Shown here in pieces: positions 62,049 to 64,000 of a DNA stretch of 64,000 nt; positions within the stretch are counted from its first letter, which is position 1; each line of letters starts with the position of its first letter. Under the pieces are notes generated by a model. The model was not told the origin of the DNA. It did no database searches and saw only the letters and a list, made by a program, of their open reading frames with translations. Both the position numbers and the translations under genes were made by a program. The stretch comes from Spirochaetia bacterium (lineage in GTDB: Bacteria > Spirochaetota > Spirochaetia > UBA9216), in NCBI GenBank assembly GCA_963677925.2, contig CAXXYH010000003.1:192001-256000 (forward strand), written 5' to 3'.

Positions 62049-62861
62049 ATGACAATATTTAATTTTATATACTGGCAGAGCTTAAAAGGATTTAAATCAC
62101 AGCATTTCAATAAACTTTTTTTTCTGATGCAGCAGATATCATGGCCGCTTCTGAATTGCCTAACATACTATCTGTTTTACTCACCGCTTTTTGAGGGTAA
62201 TGAGTTGCCGGCTTCCTTTGACAGCGGATTCTTTAAGATAATGAGCTATATCATTCCCGGGATCCTTGTTCTTTCTATATTCAACGAATATATAAATACT
62301 GGTGCAGCAATGGGCGTACAGAGAGATTACGGTATACTTGAACCTATTTATATATCACCGGTAAACAGAACTCTCTGGCTCATTTCCAATGCAGCAGGCG
62401 TACTGCCCTCCTTTCTTGCTTCGTACGCAGGTTTTCTAATTTCTGCCCATATAGTATTCAGGGTGCAGCCTCCGAATATCCTTATATTTATAGCTCTGTC
62501 TATCCTTATATTTGTATTAAGCCTTCCCTGGGGGAGTCTTGTATGTGCCATCTTTTTAACAGGAAGAAACATGCGCCTGGTGTATGCACTTTTCGAAACT
62601 CCATCCGAGTTTTTGTCAGGGATTCGTTTTCCAGTTGCAGCTCTGCCTGGGGCCTTATCTTTTGCAGCACTTGCATACCCGCTTTCTCATTGTGTAAAAC
62701 TTTTAAGAACAGCTTATCTTCCGGTAATAGATTTAATAATCATCGGCAGAGAGCTGGCAACATTATCACTACTTGCCGTAATATACCTGTTGGCTTCATC
62801 TCTGATCCTTCGGTATGCAGAATACCGTGGAAAAGTTGAGGGAACCCTAACCTTTACATAA
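62049..62861 (+). CDS. ABC-2 type exporter permease
   Basis: QRDYGILE....SP, LSGIRFPV..LP, 6 TM. Confidence 0.88.
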   Translation: MTIFNFIYWQSLKGFKSQHFNKLFFLMQQISWPLLNCLTYYLFYSPLFEGNELPASFDSGFFKIMSYIIPGILVLSIFNEYINTGAAMGVQRDYGILEPIYISPVNRTLWLISNAAGVLPSFLASYAGFLISAHIVFRVQPPNILIFIALSILIFVLSLPWGSLVCAIFLTGRNMRLVYALFETPSEFLSGIRFPVAALPGALSFAALAYPLSHCVKLLRTAYLPVIDLIIIGRELATLSLLAVIYLLASSLILRYAEYRGKVEGTLTFT

Positions 62862-62893
62862 AGGATCCTCTGATTTATAATCAGCGGTCGAAC

Positions 62894-63862
62894 ATGATTT
62901 ACATTAATGATTATAAAAATCTGCAGCAAAAGGTAAAAATAACCTATAATCCGATCTCTGATATGGTCATGTCACTAGATGTAATATCAGATCCGGGCCA
63001 TCACGGTCCAAGTTCTGTATGGGCATTCGAGGTATACAGAAACTTTTCAAGAAAGGAAAAAGATCTTTTCAGGTTGATTGAAAGCAAAATCGGCGGCTGG
63101 CTTCATCTTGACGAATATATTAATCAGTATACTTTTCAAGACTTTAATTTGGACAGCTCTGTAGAGATTATAAATTTCGTTAATGACTACGGTAATTGGA
63201 CGAGATTTCCCGAAGATATTAAACCTGAAAGTCTGACTTTTTTTCTGGAAACATACTGCAGGAATTTTTTTATCGATATCATCGAAGAACATCAAACTTT
63301 AATTAAAGCATCAATCAAAAATGAAACAACCTTATCCAGGACCCTTGCATTCACCGATTATGTAAAACGTATGAATCCCAGAGTTTCAATTAAAAAAAAT
63401 CAGATGGTTATGGAAAAAATGTACAGTACATCTTTCAACTCTGAAGTTCTTGATGTTTTTTATATAAAACTAAGCCTCTTTTCTTTCCCTCACCTTGTTA
63501 TTGATGATCGTCATGATGCAGGTATTTTCAGCCTATGTATGGATCTTCCTTTTCGCGACGATGATTACAGTCTCAAAGGTTCGAATTCGATAAGTACGAA
63601 AGCATTCGCCCTTTCAGATCGGACCAGGCTTGAAATATTATTTATGCTTTCAAGGCAGCCTATGACACAGAAAGAGCTCACAATAAAAATGGGGCTGGCC
63701 AAGTCTACAGTTTCAAGACATGTAAATATTCTTATGGAAAGCAAAATTCTGTATTCAGCCGACGGAGAAAGAAATACAAAACTTTTTATTAATTCAGGTT
63801 CAATTGAAACTATCTCCGAAGAAATTATAAACTGGCTCAATTTAGATACAAGAAATAACTAA
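62894..63862 (+). CDS. ArsR/SmtB-type winged-helix regulator with large N-terminal domain
   Basis: C-terminal ALSDRTRLEIL..L....MTQKEL...MGLAKSTVSRHVNIL. Confidence 0.85.
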   Translation: MIYINDYKNLQQKVKITYNPISDMVMSLDVISDPGHHGPSSVWAFEVYRNFSRKEKDLFRLIESKIGGWLHLDEYINQYTFQDFNLDSSVEIINFVNDYGNWTRFPEDIKPESLTFFLETYCRNFFIDIIEEHQTLIKASIKNETTLSRTLAFTDYVKRMNPRVSIKKNQMVMEKMYSTSFNSEVLDVFYIKLSLFSFPHLVIDDRHDAGIFSLCMDLPFRDDDYSLKGSNSISTKAFALSDRTRLEILFMLSRQPMTQKELTIKMGLAKSTVSRHVNILMESKILYSADGERNTKLFINSGSIETISEEIINWLNLDTRNN

Positions 63863-64000
63863 ATTTTAACTCTCGGGCTTCTTTTTATATTAAGCTCTTC
63901 GAAAGGCTTCGGCTTGCCGATATAAAATCCCTGAGAAAATTCTACATTCAGTTCTTTCAGGCGTGTTATTTCTTTCTCATTTGAAACAAATTCAGCTATC
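63859..64000 (-). CDS. EAL-domain phosphodiesterase, 3' end (runs off window end)
   Basis: Manual translation IAEFVSNEKEITRLKELNVEFSQGFYIGKPKP...VKI*, matching the AE.VE...QG.Y.GKP end of EAL domains. Confidence 0.85.
   Translation of the reverse strand, partial: IAEFVSNEKEITRLKELNVEFSQGFYIGKPKPFEELNIKRSPRVKI

Overview
AT-rich chromosomal window from a spirochaete. Evidence for the lineage: a spirochaete-type V/A-ATPase operon without F/G subunits, a very long LptD, a recycling-type EF-G and 'VFASG'-type signal peptides. 1-43 kb is mostly housekeeping: phoH (partial), lptD, uvrA, ispG, a probably Na+-coupled V/A-ATPase, mutS2, rsgA, murI, rluD, yggS, tRNA-Val(TAC), two tandem but functionally different EF-G paralogues, pdhABC without E3, citrate synthase, trmB and mfd. 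It also holds a tightly coupled five-gene operon (secreted protein, pseudo-receiver/PilZ, AmrS radical SAM, minimal nucleotidyltransferase, metallophosphoesterase). 43-59 kb is a complete group II Mo-nitrogenase locus (nifH-I1-I2-D-K-E-N-B-fdx, nifV-activator, divergent modABC). The window ends with a GGDEF gene, an ABC-2 exporter with an ArsR-type regulator, and a partial EAL gene. Most striking signals: (i) the Mo-nif regulon has three sigma54 promoters and six TAC-N6-GTA (AnfA-type) palindromes but no canonical NifA TGT-N10-ACA site, an AnfA-like Cys-motif activator, and a paired enhancer exactly 99 bp from each of two divergent promoters; (ii) lptD and mutS2 appear to start at CTG; (iii) back-to-back perfect 15-bp inverted repeats lie between the two EF-G genes; (iv) a nucleotidyltransferase/phosphoesterase pair sits beside an orphan AmrS. 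No CRISPR array, IS element or prophage was recognised. All family assignments are by motif recognition, not database search.
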